A stretch of 64,000 nt of DNA from an uncultured Candidatus Saccharibacteria bacterium (GTDB taxonomy: Bacteria; Patescibacteriota; Saccharimonadia; Saccharimonadales; Saccharimonadaceae), in contig CAUQDR010000001.1 in the NCBI GenBank assembly GCA_963517325.1, positions 236,130 to 300,129 on the forward strand, in the 5' to 3' direction. Position numbers and translations under genes: made by a program. The notes under the pieces are model-generated. The model ran no database searches, was not told where the DNA came from, and saw nothing but the letters and a program-made list of their open reading frames with translations. Positions 37,603-46,889 of the stretch are shown here, piece by piece (position 1 is the stretch's first letter; each line of letters opens with the position of its first letter).

Positions 37603-38208
37603 CTAGTCCAAATACTTATTCAGGTTACAATAAGCGGTATTTAACGCATTATATGTCGTTTTTACCGCTTCAGTTTCATTGTGCAATTCTTGGAATTTCT
37701 GTGTAGCTTCATTTGTGATATCAATTAAATCAATATACTTTTTTGACAAATCACACTCCGGAGAAATCTGCGATTTTGACATCATTTTCTGATGCCCAGC
37801 ATCCAGATCAATTTTCTCAGCCTTTAATGCTTCAAGCTTTTTCTCTACCGATTCTCGTTCAGATTCTGAGGGATTCGTTCGACCGAAGTTGTGCTTATTT
37901 CGATAGTCTGTCGTCGAATCGATAAATTTTAATCTACGAGTTAATCTTAAGATTTCATCTTCGATTTGATCAGAACGTTGCTGGTAGTCCAGCTGCTCTA
38001 TCAATTTTTCTTGCAGAAAATCTCGATTTTTCTTCTTTAACTCTAGCAGGGCGGAAAAACAGGTTCGCTCCGCTTCTTCGGCATTTGCTAAGTTCTGGTA
38101 AGCAGTTTTTAATAAAGCTTCCAATTCCGTTTGCCGCGGCCCCAAAGTCTCCAATTGAAGTTTTAACTTTTCTTGTAACTCTTTAATACGCTGATTTGCA
38201 TCTGACAT
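37603..38208 (-). CDS. coiled-coil hypothetical protein (paralogue B); ATG 38208 preferred over 38259
   Basis: MSDANQRIKELQEKLKLQLETLGPRQTELEAL... parallels the N-terminus of paralogue A. Confidence 0.5.
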   Translation of the reverse strand: MSDANQRIKELQEKLKLQLETLGPRQTELEALLKTAYQNLANAEEAERTCFSALLELKKKNRDFLQEKLIEQLDYQQRSDQIEDEILRLTRRLKFIDSTTDYRNKHNFGRTNPSESERESVEKKLEALKAEKIDLDAGHQKMMSKSQISPECDLSKKYIDLIDITNEATQKFQELHNETEAVKTTYNALNTAYCNLNKYLD

Positions 38209-38294
38209 TTTACACCAACCTTTCTGTGAAAGAACTAGCCGAATTTTCGGCTCCAACACTTATATTATACCATGAAAACTGATATTTGTAAATG

Positions 38295-38303
38295 TGCTAT
38301 AAT
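38295..38303 (+). promoter_or_regulatory. extended -10 box TGCTATAAT, 6 nt from trmD ATG 38310 (leaderless)
   Basis: Sequence is tgtgctataat-agattt-ATG. The ORF-track ATG at 38292 lies upstream of the box. Confidence 0.5.
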
Positions 38304-38309
38304 AGATTT

Positions 38310-38996
38310 ATGTCCAAGGTTAAATTCACCATTATTTCATTGTTTTCCAATGCACTCGATCCGTACCTGAACTCTTCCATGATGTGGAAGGCTAAGGAAA
38401 AAGGAATCGCGGAATTTGATTTTGTGGATTTGCGTGAATTTGGCCTCGGTGCGCATAAATCTGTCGACGACACACCTTATGGTGGTGGCGACGGTATGCT
38501 TTTGATGTGTGAGCCAGTTTTTAATGCTATTGAGAGTGTGAAGAAAACTAGCCCCAATGCCAAAGTTATTCTACCGACTCCAGCTGGCCAAACTTGGCAT
38601 CAGGGAATTGTGCGTAATTTTGTCGAACGGATTAATCATGGTGAAGAGGATCACTATATTATTCTTTGTCCACATTATGAAGGCTATGATGAACGCATTT
38701 TAACTATCGTTGATTATAAGATTTCGCTCGGTCATTTCGTCTTGACTGGTGGCGAATTGCCGGCGCTGATCGTGATTGATAGTATTGTACGGTTACTTCC
38801 AGGGGTGCTGGGTGGGGAAAACTCTGCCATTATCGAAAGTTTCTCTGAAGAAAACACTATTGAATACCCACAATACACTAAGCCAGCCGATTTTCGCGGC
38901 ATGCAAGTTCCAGAGGTTTTGCTCTCTGGTCATCATGCCAAAATCGCTGAATGGCGCAAAGCTCATAGTCGCCCAGTCGACCAGGGCAATCTTTAA
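38310..38996 (+). CDS. trmD: tRNA (guanine37-N1)-methyltransferase
   Basis: Begins MSKVKFTIISLFSNALDPYLNSSMM. SPOUT knot region GHFVLTGGELPALIVIDSIVRLLPGVLG, and QYTKPADFRGMQVPEVLLSGHHAKI. Confidence 0.92.
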   Translation: MSKVKFTIISLFSNALDPYLNSSMMWKAKEKGIAEFDFVDLREFGLGAHKSVDDTPYGGGDGMLLMCEPVFNAIESVKKTSPNAKVILPTPAGQTWHQGIVRNFVERINHGEEDHYIILCPHYEGYDERILTIVDYKISLGHFVLTGGELPALIVIDSIVRLLPGVLGGENSAIIESFSEENTIEYPQYTKPADFRGMQVPEVLLSGHHAKIAEWRKAHSRPVDQGNL

Positions 38997-41065
38997 TGCA
39001 ATTAAACTCGAGTCTAGGTGAGATTAAAGGCGTCGGCCCTAAAACTGCCGAAGCTCTCGCCGCTCGTGGCTTTCAAACTTTTAAGGATTTACTTTATTAT
39101 TTTCCGCGCAAATATGAAGATTATGCGGCCTACACCAAAATTTCCGAAATTCGCCCCGGTAAGGTGGTGGTAAGAGGAAAAATTCGTGGCTTACGCAATA
39201 TTCACACGCGCCGCCGTAATTTTACCATTACTCAAGGTGAAATTTTTGATGAAACTGGAGCGCTGCGGGTGGTTTGGTATAATCAAGCCTACCGTATTAA
39301 AAATTTTAAAGAAGATACGGAATATTATTTTACCGGTGAGTATGATTTTAAGTATAATCGCTATCAACTCACAGCGCCCACTGCGGTCTTGGCTTCGGAA
39401 GTCGAAGAATCGCGCCAGGATGGCGGCTTTCAACCGATTTATTCTGGTAGTGGTCGCTATAATTCCGCCTGGTATCGTCGAATTTTTGCCAAACTGCGCC
39501 CATTTTTTTATCAAATTCCCGAACTTTTGCCTTCGCAAGCTATTCCGAAAACTCTCACCAAGCTCTCGCGTAACCAAGCTCTTTTTAATATGCATTTTCC
39601 CGAGTCCGAGCAAGAAGTCGAAAAAGCCCGCACTTATCTCGGTTATGAGGAATTGTTTGAATTAATTTTGGCTTCCAAGCTTAATCAAAACGAAGTCTCC
39701 AAATTAAATGCCAAATCACTCAAATTTAATCTCACTGATGTCAAGAAACTTCTTAAAACTCTGCCCTTTGAATTGACTGATGCGCAGAAGCGCGTGACTT
39801 GGCAGATCCTCCAGGATCTCGAAAAAGTACATCCGATGAATCGCTTGCTGCAGGGTGATGTCGGTTCAGGTAAAACCATCGTTTCGGCCATTGCTGCCTA
39901 TCAAGCGATTAAAAATGGCGCACAGGTGGCCATTCTGGCTCCGACCGCCATTCTCGCAACTCAGCATTATGAGGGTTTAACCAAAATCTTGCAGCCGCTC
40001 GGTGTGAAAACTACCCTGCTAATCAGTGCCACCAAGGACAAAAACAGTGTAAAAGCCGCGATCAAGTCTGGCGAAATTGATCTCGTGATTGGCACTCACG
40101 CTATTCTGACCGACGATACCACTTTTTCCAGTCTCGGTTTTTGTATCATCGACGAACAGCACCGTTTTGGTGTTTTGCAGCGTCAGCATCTTTTGGAAAA
40201 ATCCTTTCAAAATCAAAATCCGGATTTTCAGCAAATTTCACCACATTTTCTGGCTATGACCGCCACGCCGATTCCGCGTTCGCTGCAACTTACAATTTTT
40301 GGCGATCTCGATATTTCGATTATTAACCAGATGCCGAAGGGGCGCACGCCAATCAAAACCCGTATCTACAATGAATTAAATCTTAAGGACGTAATTTATC
40401 CAGAACTTAGCGAGCATCTCGCCGCCGGCGAGCAAGTTTACGTGATTTGTCGCTTGATTGACGAGGCGATTTCCGATGATGATAAATCGCGTACTGTGCT
40501 AGAAACCGCGAAGCTCATGCAAAAACAGTTTAGTAAATATCAAATTGGTATCTTGCATGGTAAATTAAAACCCGCCGAAAAAGACCAGGTAATGCAGGAT
40601 TTTAAGGATAAGAAAACCCAAATTTTGGTCTCTACTACCGTGGTGGAAGTCGGTGTGGATGTGCCGAATGCCACTCAGATTGTGATTCTCAATGCTGATC
40701 GCTATGGTTTAGCTCAGCTTCATCAGTTGCGTGGTCGTGTCGGTCGTGGTGACAAGCCGAGCCAATGTTTCTTGGTTACCACCGGTGAAAATCCGCCGAG
40801 TCGCAGGCTTCTTGAAATGGAAAAGTCCACCGATGGTTTTTACCTTGCTGAAGTCGACCTCAAGCTTCGCGGTCCGGGGGAAATTTACGGTGCCATGCAA
40901 CATGGTGAATTAAACTTGAAAATCGCCAGTCTTACCGATACTAAAATGATTGAATTGGCGCGCACTCACGTCGAAAAGTTCTTAAGCTCGCCCGATTCTA
41001 TGCTAAAATATACAGAGTTAAGCCAAGATATTAAAAAATATCAGCAGCTGACGACTCTTAATTAA
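38996..41065 (+). CDS. recG: ATP-dependent DNA helicase RecG
   Basis: 689 aa. Wedge domain, then helicase motifs GDVGSGKT, DEQHRFG, MTATPIPRS and QLRGRVGRG. TAATG overlap with trmD. Confidence 0.95.
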   Translation: MQLNSSLGEIKGVGPKTAEALAARGFQTFKDLLYYFPRKYEDYAAYTKISEIRPGKVVVRGKIRGLRNIHTRRRNFTITQGEIFDETGALRVVWYNQAYRIKNFKEDTEYYFTGEYDFKYNRYQLTAPTAVLASEVEESRQDGGFQPIYSGSGRYNSAWYRRIFAKLRPFFYQIPELLPSQAIPKTLTKLSRNQALFNMHFPESEQEVEKARTYLGYEELFELILASKLNQNEVSKLNAKSLKFNLTDVKKLLKTLPFELTDAQKRVTWQILQDLEKVHPMNRLLQGDVGSGKTIVSAIAAYQAIKNGAQVAILAPTAILATQHYEGLTKILQPLGVKTTLLISATKDKNSVKAAIKSGEIDLVIGTHAILTDDTTFSSLGFCIIDEQHRFGVLQRQHLLEKSFQNQNPDFQQISPHFLAMTATPIPRSLQLTIFGDLDISIINQMPKGRTPIKTRIYNELNLKDVIYPELSEHLAAGEQVYVICRLIDEAISDDDKSRTVLETAKLMQKQFSKYQIGILHGKLKPAEKDQVMQDFKDKKTQILVSTTVVEVGVDVPNATQIVILNADRYGLAQLHQLRGRVGRGDKPSQCFLVTTGENPPSRRLLEMEKSTDGFYLAEVDLKLRGPGEIYGAMQHGELNLKIASLTDTKMIELARTHVEKFLSSPDSMLKYTELSQDIKKYQQLTTLN

Positions 41066-41072
41066 GGAAAAT

Positions 41073-41891
41073 ATGTATTCAACCCTAGCAATTAGTGATA
41101 AATCGAATGGGAAAATTGTTGGCACGCATCAGAAACTCGACCGAATTGCCCGCAAAATTATTGATAAAAATCTGCCACACAATTATTTTTTCCCAAACAT
41201 TTCAGAAATCTTAAATTTTGAAGGCATGGGCGGACCGGACGGCCTGAAGCGTAAAAGCCCTGGCGTCGACGAGCCGATGCACTTCATTGACCCAGATCAT
41301 GATAATGGTAAACTCATGACTTTGATTTTGGATCACCAATATAATCTAAGAAAAGCCATCGAAGAGGGAAATAAGGTACGTGCCAGCTTCGAGGCTGGCT
41401 GGATGGCCCATGCTATTACTGATGGTCTGACGCCCGCCCACCATTTTCCTCTGGAAAGTACCCAAAAACAACTGATGACCAAAGATGAATTTGTCAAAGT
41501 TTTTGGCATTCCGATTAAGGGAATCATGCGCGGACGCAATTCGCTTGAGACTCTGCGCAACAACTGGCTCTATTGGGGCGCTAATGGTTTTATGACGAAG
41601 CACGTGGCTTTCGAATATGGTGTCGCGATTACCCTTACCGCTTTGCCAGAACGTGCAGTAATGCCAAAAATCAAGAAAGCAGAACTCATAGATATCGACC
41701 TTGAAAAAGCCTTTCATGAGTCTCTCGCTAAAGTTCATGCCCTCAAAATGTATGAAAATTTCTTAAATCAAGGATGGAACACCGAGTTGGTTTTTCAAAC
41801 CAAGAACGTGCTTCTTCCAGAAATTGTCCGCGCTATTACTCTCGGTTGGGCTTCTTCGATTCCATATTTTAATAAAAAACTGCTAAAATAA
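41073..41891 (+). CDS. hypothetical protein (possible zinc-dependent phospholipase C / S1-P1 nuclease-like fold)
   Basis: 272 aa. His/Asp clusters THQKLDRIA, HFIDPDHDN and WMAHAITDGLTPAHH suggest a metal site. The assignment is weak. Confidence 0.35.
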   Translation: MYSTLAISDKSNGKIVGTHQKLDRIARKIIDKNLPHNYFFPNISEILNFEGMGGPDGLKRKSPGVDEPMHFIDPDHDNGKLMTLILDHQYNLRKAIEEGNKVRASFEAGWMAHAITDGLTPAHHFPLESTQKQLMTKDEFVKVFGIPIKGIMRGRNSLETLRNNWLYWGANGFMTKHVAFEYGVAITLTALPERAVMPKIKKAELIDIDLEKAFHESLAKVHALKMYENFLNQGWNTELVFQTKNVLLPEIVRAITLGWASSIPYFNKKLLK

Positions 41892-41895
41892 AACT

Positions 41896-42453
41896 ATGAA
41901 GTTTATGGCAAAATCTGGTAAAGTTACGGATCTGAGGATTACCTCCGGGGTGCTTCGTGGGCAGAAAATTCTCACCCCCAAGCTCGCCGTCACTCATCCG
42001 ATGGGATCGCGCGAACGCCTGGCGATTATGAATTCTTTGTCGTCTCATCTCGAGGGGAAAGTGGTACTTGACGTGTTTGCCGGTACTGGTGCACTGGGTT
42101 TCGAGGCCCTTTCTCGCGGCGCCAAGCATGTTTCTTTTATTGAAAATCATCGTGAAGTCGCGAAATTAATTCGCCAAAACGCGGAAAATCTCGGTGTATC
42201 AAGTCAGGTACGAATTTTTGCTAAAAAGGCAGAAACTCTGACTTTTGATAATCGTTTTGACATTGTTTTTGCTGACCCACCTTATGATAAAATCACTCCA
42301 AAATTGGCCGATTATCTCGCCACGCTGCCGAAACTCTCGAAAGATTTTTTAGTCTTGTCTCATCCAGCCACTTTTGACCCCCATCAACTCGATGCTGAAA
42401 TTCTTTCCACTAAGGCCTATGCCGGCTCTCGTATCACGATTTTTAAAGTGTAA
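41896..42453 (+). CDS. rsmD: 16S rRNA (guanine966-N2)-methyltransferase
   Basis: 185 aa. Motifs LRITSGVLRGQKILTP, DVFAGTGALGFEALSRGA and FADPPY. Confidence 0.85.
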   Translation: MKFMAKSGKVTDLRITSGVLRGQKILTPKLAVTHPMGSRERLAIMNSLSSHLEGKVVLDVFAGTGALGFEALSRGAKHVSFIENHREVAKLIRQNAENLGVSSQVRIFAKKAETLTFDNRFDIVFADPPYDKITPKLADYLATLPKLSKDFLVLSHPATFDPHQLDAEILSTKAYAGSRITIFKV

Positions 42454-42467
42454 TTTTATCGTGTTTA

Positions 42468-42476
42468 TGCTAAAAT
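42468..42476 (+). promoter_or_regulatory. extended -10 box TGCTAAAAT, 6 nt from ATG 42483 (leaderless)
   Basis: Sequence is tttatgctaaaat-tagctt-ATG. Confidence 0.5.
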
Positions 42477-42482
42477 TAGCTT

Positions 42483-43259
42483 ATGAATCTTCAAAAAATT
42501 TACGATTATTTCTTTAGTAATAATTATATGACTAAGATGCCGAGCTTCGGTGAGGTTTTGGCTTCGAATGTTATTACCTTGCTTTTGTTGTTAATTATTC
42601 TCGGTCTTTACGTTGCCGGCAAGGTTCTCTTGCTGAAGAAAATCTATGGCGAGAAAAAAATGTGGCAGGGTGCCATTCCGGTGCTAGGTTTGATGAAGCT
42701 TTACGATGCGGTCGAGTTAAATAAGTTATTCGCTATCTCGATTCTCATCCCAGTAATCGGTTTAATTCCTTACTTTATTTTCTGCTATAAGCTACCTGCC
42801 GCTTTTGGTGAAAAACAGCCAGTCTTTCCGTATCTAACGATTTTCTTCTCGCCAATCATCATGCTGATGCTAGCTACCGACCAAAAATATGAATATCAAT
42901 ACGTCCGCGGCAAAAATATCCCATTCCAAGGGGCTTTCGCTCTGAATAATACACAAGCACCTACCGGGGCTCCAGCTCAGCCTACCACTGAAGCTCCAGC
43001 TCAGCCTACCACTGAAGCTCCTGTTCAGTCAGTTGTCGAGAACCCAGTTCAGCCAACCGTAGAAGCTCCAGCTCAGCCTGTCTCAGAAGTTTCATCTCAG
43101 TCCATTCCTGAAGCTCCAGCTCAGTCAGTCGCCGAGAATCTACCTCCTTCAACTTCAGAGGCTCTAGTTCAAACTACTCAGGGAACCCCAATCGAATCGC
43201 AAAATCCTTCTGTTTCGGAAAATCAGGTTCAATCCAGCGACTTGAACAATCTCCAATAA
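42483..43259 (+). CDS. multi-pass membrane protein (DUF5684-like) with Pro/Ala/Gln/Glu-rich repeat tail
   Basis: 258 aa with 3-4 TM helices. The tail reads APAQPTTEAPAQPTTEAPVQSVVENPVQPTVEAPAQP and is encoded by 24-nt tandem repeats (exact copies at 42969-42992 and 42993-43016). Confidence 0.7.
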   Translation: MNLQKIYDYFFSNNYMTKMPSFGEVLASNVITLLLLLIILGLYVAGKVLLLKKIYGEKKMWQGAIPVLGLMKLYDAVELNKLFAISILIPVIGLIPYFIFCYKLPAAFGEKQPVFPYLTIFFSPIIMLMLATDQKYEYQYVRGKNIPFQGAFALNNTQAPTGAPAQPTTEAPAQPTTEAPVQSVVENPVQPTVEAPAQPVSEVSSQSIPEAPAQSVAENLPPSTSEALVQTTQGTPIESQNPSVSENQVQSSDLNNLQ

Positions 43260-43278
43260 TTTTATATAATATCAGCAT

Positions 43279-43363
43279 GCCCGAGTGGTGAAATTGGTAT
43301 ACACGTATGCCTTAGGAGCATATGCCTCACGGCGTGCTGGTTCAAGTCCAGTCTCGGGCACCA
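43279..43363 (+). tRNA. tRNA-Leu (anticodon UAG), type II with long variable arm, CCA encoded
   Basis: Hand-folded. Acceptor GCCCGAG/CTCGGGC, D stem GTG/CAC, anticodon stem TATGC/GCATA with loop CT-TAG-GA. Variable arm TGCCTCACGGCGTGC, T loop TTCAAGT, 3' ACCA. Confidence 0.9.
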
Positions 43364-43830
43364 AAGGAGAGTTGGATGGCTCATTTGAGTCATTTTTTTA
43401 TGGAATAACAAAGTAGAGTGGGCTCAAGTTGTGCGTCCCACTTTCTCAAACTCTCCAGTGCCAAGATTAGTCTTGCTTCCATCTTGGTTAAAGACTCTTC
43501 CAATTCCGCTTTTTTCTAGGATTTTAATAAAACGTTCGTGGTCGTCTTATGAATGTTTGTGTCGCATCACAGGAACTAGTTCAGTTTTTTCAATAAAAAA
43601 GTCAGCTAGTTGCCAACTTATAAGAGGGCGGTATCCCGCATATTACACTGCAGGTCCTGCCCTCATTACTTATAATTATACTCCAATAAAAAAATAACTC
43701 CAAAATGTGTGCCACTATAGTGGTAGGGACACCAATCAAGTTGTTTACAGAAAAGCTGTCGCCAGGGCGGTTTTTTGTTGTAAGCGCCCTAAAGCTTAAT
43801 AGTCACTGTAGTCCATGATAAAATATTTAC

Positions 43831-44358
43831 ATGTCAGTTGTGATAAGCGAATATAAAGATACATTGCTTAAAAGATTCATATCGGAGAAACAACGCTTAT
43901 TATCTTTTCTTCCAGACACTCTCATTGTTGAACATGTAGGAAGTAGTGCTGTTGGCATCGGCGGCAAGAATATTATAGATATTCTGATCGGTGTTAGTGA
44001 CAAAGATGAAATGCTTAGGGTTCGGGATATTTTAAAAGCAAACGGATATTTTGAAGGCCATGATTCTCACGATGACAGGATTTTTCTCGCAAGTAGTGAA
44101 AATGAAACCGGGGATGGTGATTTCCATATTCATATCTGTCCAATAACTAATAATTCTTATAAAGATTTCATTCTTCTTCGCGATTTTTTAATATCAAATC
44201 CAGAAAAGAGCAAAGAATATTATAATAAGAAAATCGAGCTTGCCAATAAAGCTGGTTTTGATCGTCAAAAATACAAAACATTAAAGTCACAATATTTAAC
44301 CAAATTATTATCTGAAATTAAAAACCTTGAAGGAGACATAGATGTGGGAAATGACTGA
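43831..44358 (+). CDS. GrpB-family (UPF0157) nucleotidyltransferase-fold protein
   Basis: 175 aa. Motifs VEHVGSSAVGIGGKNIIDILI and FHIHI, typical of GrpB. Confidence 0.8.
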   Translation: MSVVISEYKDTLLKRFISEKQRLLSFLPDTLIVEHVGSSAVGIGGKNIIDILIGVSDKDEMLRVRDILKANGYFEGHDSHDDRIFLASSENETGDGDFHIHICPITNNSYKDFILLRDFLISNPEKSKEYYNKKIELANKAGFDRQKYKTLKSQYLTKLLSEIKNLEGDIDVGND

Positions 44359-44674
44359 AAACGAATTAAGTGGGATTATCTCAAAATATCAAATGACAGA
44401 AGGTCGATATTCATTAGAAGAAGAAGGCTCTTTTGGTGAGAGTGAGTTCTTCTGGGTTATCAAAAATCAGTCTACGAATAAAAAGTACCTATTAGTGAAC
44501 ACTTATTCTCATCATGGCGTCGAATCCGAGCTTGAATGTTATCGTGAGGGTGGTTTTGATAATCTGGAGGCCATCCCAAGAAAAATTGAAACCTTAGAAA
44601 ACGCAAGTGATGCGGATGATGAAATCTCTAAATACCTATTTGGGATGTATTCTATTTTTGAAATAAAATCATAA
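44342..44674 (+). CDS. hypothetical small acidic protein
   Basis: 110-aa ORF that overlaps the end of the GrpB gene by 17 nt. No motif. Confidence 0.45.
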   Translation: MWEMTENELSGIISKYQMTEGRYSLEEEGSFGESEFFWVIKNQSTNKKYLLVNTYSHHGVESELECYREGGFDNLEAIPRKIETLENASDADDEISKYLFGMYSIFEIKS

Positions 44675-44738
44675 AATTGAGATGTTAACTCAGGGCAAAT
44701 TTTGCGTAATCAGCTCAAAAATTGTATAATATATAGGT

Positions 44739-46751
44739 ATGCCAGAGTTTCGCTTACATAGTAAATTTCAGCCCACCGGTGATCAGCCGGCGGCTATTGC
44801 TCAGCTCACCCGTGGTCTTAAGATGGGGATTCGTGAGCAGACTTTGCTTGGCGTGACGGGCTCTGGTAAGACTTTTACTATGGCAAATCTCATCGCTAAT
44901 GTTCAGAAGCCGACTCTGATTCTTGCCCATAATAAAACCCTGGCCGCCCAGCTCTATTCTGAGTTTCGTGATTTTTTCCCCGAGAATGAGGTACACTATT
45001 TTGTTTCTTACTTCGACTATTATCAGCCGGAAGCCTACATTGCTAGCACTGATACCTATATTGAAAAAGATTCGGCCATTAACGACGAAATCGACCGCCT
45101 GCGTCATGCCGCCACAGTTTCTCTGCTCACACGCAAGGATACGATTATCGTGGCTTCAGTTTCGTGTATCTATGGTATTGGTTCTCCGGATCATTACACG
45201 GAAATGTCACTGCATCTCGAGAAAACCGGACACACTTGGCAGGTAGTTTCGAAAAATACTCTCCCGGTCGCCAAGCTCAATCAGACTAACCTAATGATTT
45301 ATCTCATCGCCATGCAGTACCACCGAAATGACCTGGCATTTGAGCGTGGTAATTTCCGGGTTAAGGGCGACACGATTGATCTTTTTCCAGCTTCGGGTGA
45401 AATTGCCTGTCGCTTCGAATTCGCTTTTGATGAACTCGAAGAGGTTAAAATTATTGATCCGCTCACCGCTGAAGTACGTGAAAAACCCGATCAAGTTTTC
45501 ATCTTCCCGAATACCCACTACGCTACCCCGAAAGATCAACTTGACCGCGCCATTGATTTAATTCAGGCTGAATTTGACGAACGTCTAAAATATTTCGAGG
45601 CTAACCATAAATATCTAGAAGCGCAACGTATTTCTCAACGCACCAAATATGATCTCGAAATGTTGAAAGAAACTGGCTTCGTGAAGGGAATTGAAAACTA
45701 TTCTCGCCATTTAGATGGCCGTAAGGCCGGGGAACCACCTGCAACTTTGCTTGATTTCTTCCCAGATGATTTTCTCTTATTAGTCGACGAATCGCATATG
45801 ACTCTACCACAGGTGCGCGGGATGTATAATGGCGACCATGCTAGAAAATCTACTCTGGTGGAATATGGCTTCCGTTTACCGAGCGCCCTCGATAATCGTC
45901 CTCTAACCTTTGATGAATTTGAAACCCATATTCGTCGTGCGGTTTATGTTTCCGCTACTCCAGGCAAGTATGAATTAGAGGTCTCTCCAAAGCCAGCCGA
46001 GCAAGTGATTCGTCCGACTGGTCTACTCGATCCGGAAATTGAAGTTCGACCAAGTGAAGGCCAAATTGATGATTTGATGCATGAAATCGAAGACCGTATC
46101 GCCAAAAATCAACGCGTCATTGTTACTACTCTCACTAAGCGCATGGCGGAGGATTTGACCGACCACTTGAAGGACCATAAGATTAAAACCGCCTACATTC
46201 ATTCCGATATCGACACTTTGGAACGTGGTGATATTCTGCGTGATTTGCGTTCTGGAGCCTACGATGTGCTGGTTGGTATTAATTTGCTGCGCGAGGGGTT
46301 GGATTTGCCAGAGGTTTCGCTTGTAGCAATTCTCGATGCTGATAAGGAAGGTTTTTTGCGTTCTGAATCAGCTCTCATCCAGACGATTGGTCGTGCGGCG
46401 CGCCATGTCGAAGGTCATGTTATTATGTACGCCGACAATATTACTGAAAGTATGGAACGCGCGATCTCAGAAACTAATCGCCGTCGCGAAATCCAGCAAA
46501 ATTATAATAAGGAACATGGCATCACTCCGACCTCTATTAAGAAAGAAATTTCGTTGGGTCTTCGTGCGATTATTCCGGAAAAGGCCAAGGAGGATAAGTT
46601 AGACCTAAAGAAAGTACCAAAAACCGAGCTTCCGTCTCTGATGAAAGAACTTTCTGAACAAATGCAACTCGCCGCCGCTAATCTCGAATTCGAGCAGGCC
46701 GCGAAGCTTCGTGATATGATCCAAAAAATCAAAGACGCCGAGAACAACTAG
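44739..46751 (+). CDS. uvrB: excinuclease ABC subunit B
   Basis: 670 aa. Motifs GVTGSGKTF and DESH, helicase motifs, and C-terminal UVR motif [21 protein letters not shown] box lies 8 nt upstream of the ATG. Confidence 0.98.
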   Translation: MPEFRLHSKFQPTGDQPAAIAQLTRGLKMGIREQTLLGVTGSGKTFTMANLIANVQKPTLILAHNKTLAAQLYSEFRDFFPENEVHYFVSYFDYYQPEAYIASTDTYIEKDSAINDEIDRLRHAATVSLLTRKDTIIVASVSCIYGIGSPDHYTEMSLHLEKTGHTWQVVSKNTLPVAKLNQTNLMIYLIAMQYHRNDLAFERGNFRVKGDTIDLFPASGEIACRFEFAFDELEEVKIIDPLTAEVREKPDQVFIFPNTHYATPKDQLDRAIDLIQAEFDERLKYFEANHKYLEAQRISQRTKYDLEMLKETGFVKGIENYSRHLDGRKAGEPPATLLDFFPDDFLLLVDESHMTLPQVRGMYNGDHARKSTLVEYGFRLPSALDNRPLTFDEFETHIRRAVYVSATPGKYELEVSPKPAEQVIRPTGLLDPEIEVRPSEGQIDDLMHEIEDRIAKNQRVIVTTLTKRMAEDLTDHLKDHKIKTAYIHSDIDTLERGDILRDLRSGAYDVLVGINLLREGLDLPEVSLVAILDADKEGFLRSESALIQTIGRAARHVEGHVIMYADNITESMERAISETNRRREIQQNYNKEHGITPTSIKKEISLGLRAIIPEKAKEDKLDLKKVPKTELPSLMKELSEQMQLAAANLEFEQAAKLRDMIQKIKDAENN

Positions 46752-46889
46752 AATAAAATTAAACAATATTTGCTCTGATAATTCCACCTCAGGATACTGA
46801 TTTGGTTTTTAATCAAAACATAACCACCTTGATAACTTCCTGAAAATTAGCTATATTTGAAGTATAGAAATTATTTTTTGGAGGAAAAG

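Noticed and set aside
43431-43697. 88-aa plus-strand ORF after tRNA-Leu, and a HicA-like reading on the minus strand
   Set aside because: The plus ORF has no SD, no promoter box and an odd composition. The minus-strand reading (…FIKILEKSGIGRVFNQDGSKTNL…) is interrupted by a stop and matches HicA only loosely. This is not enough to call a gene or a pseudogene.
44680-44700. Possible attR repeat of the tRNA-Leu 3' end
   Set aside because: Only ctc(a)gggca matches, 8 of 9 with an indel. That is too short to distinguish from chance.
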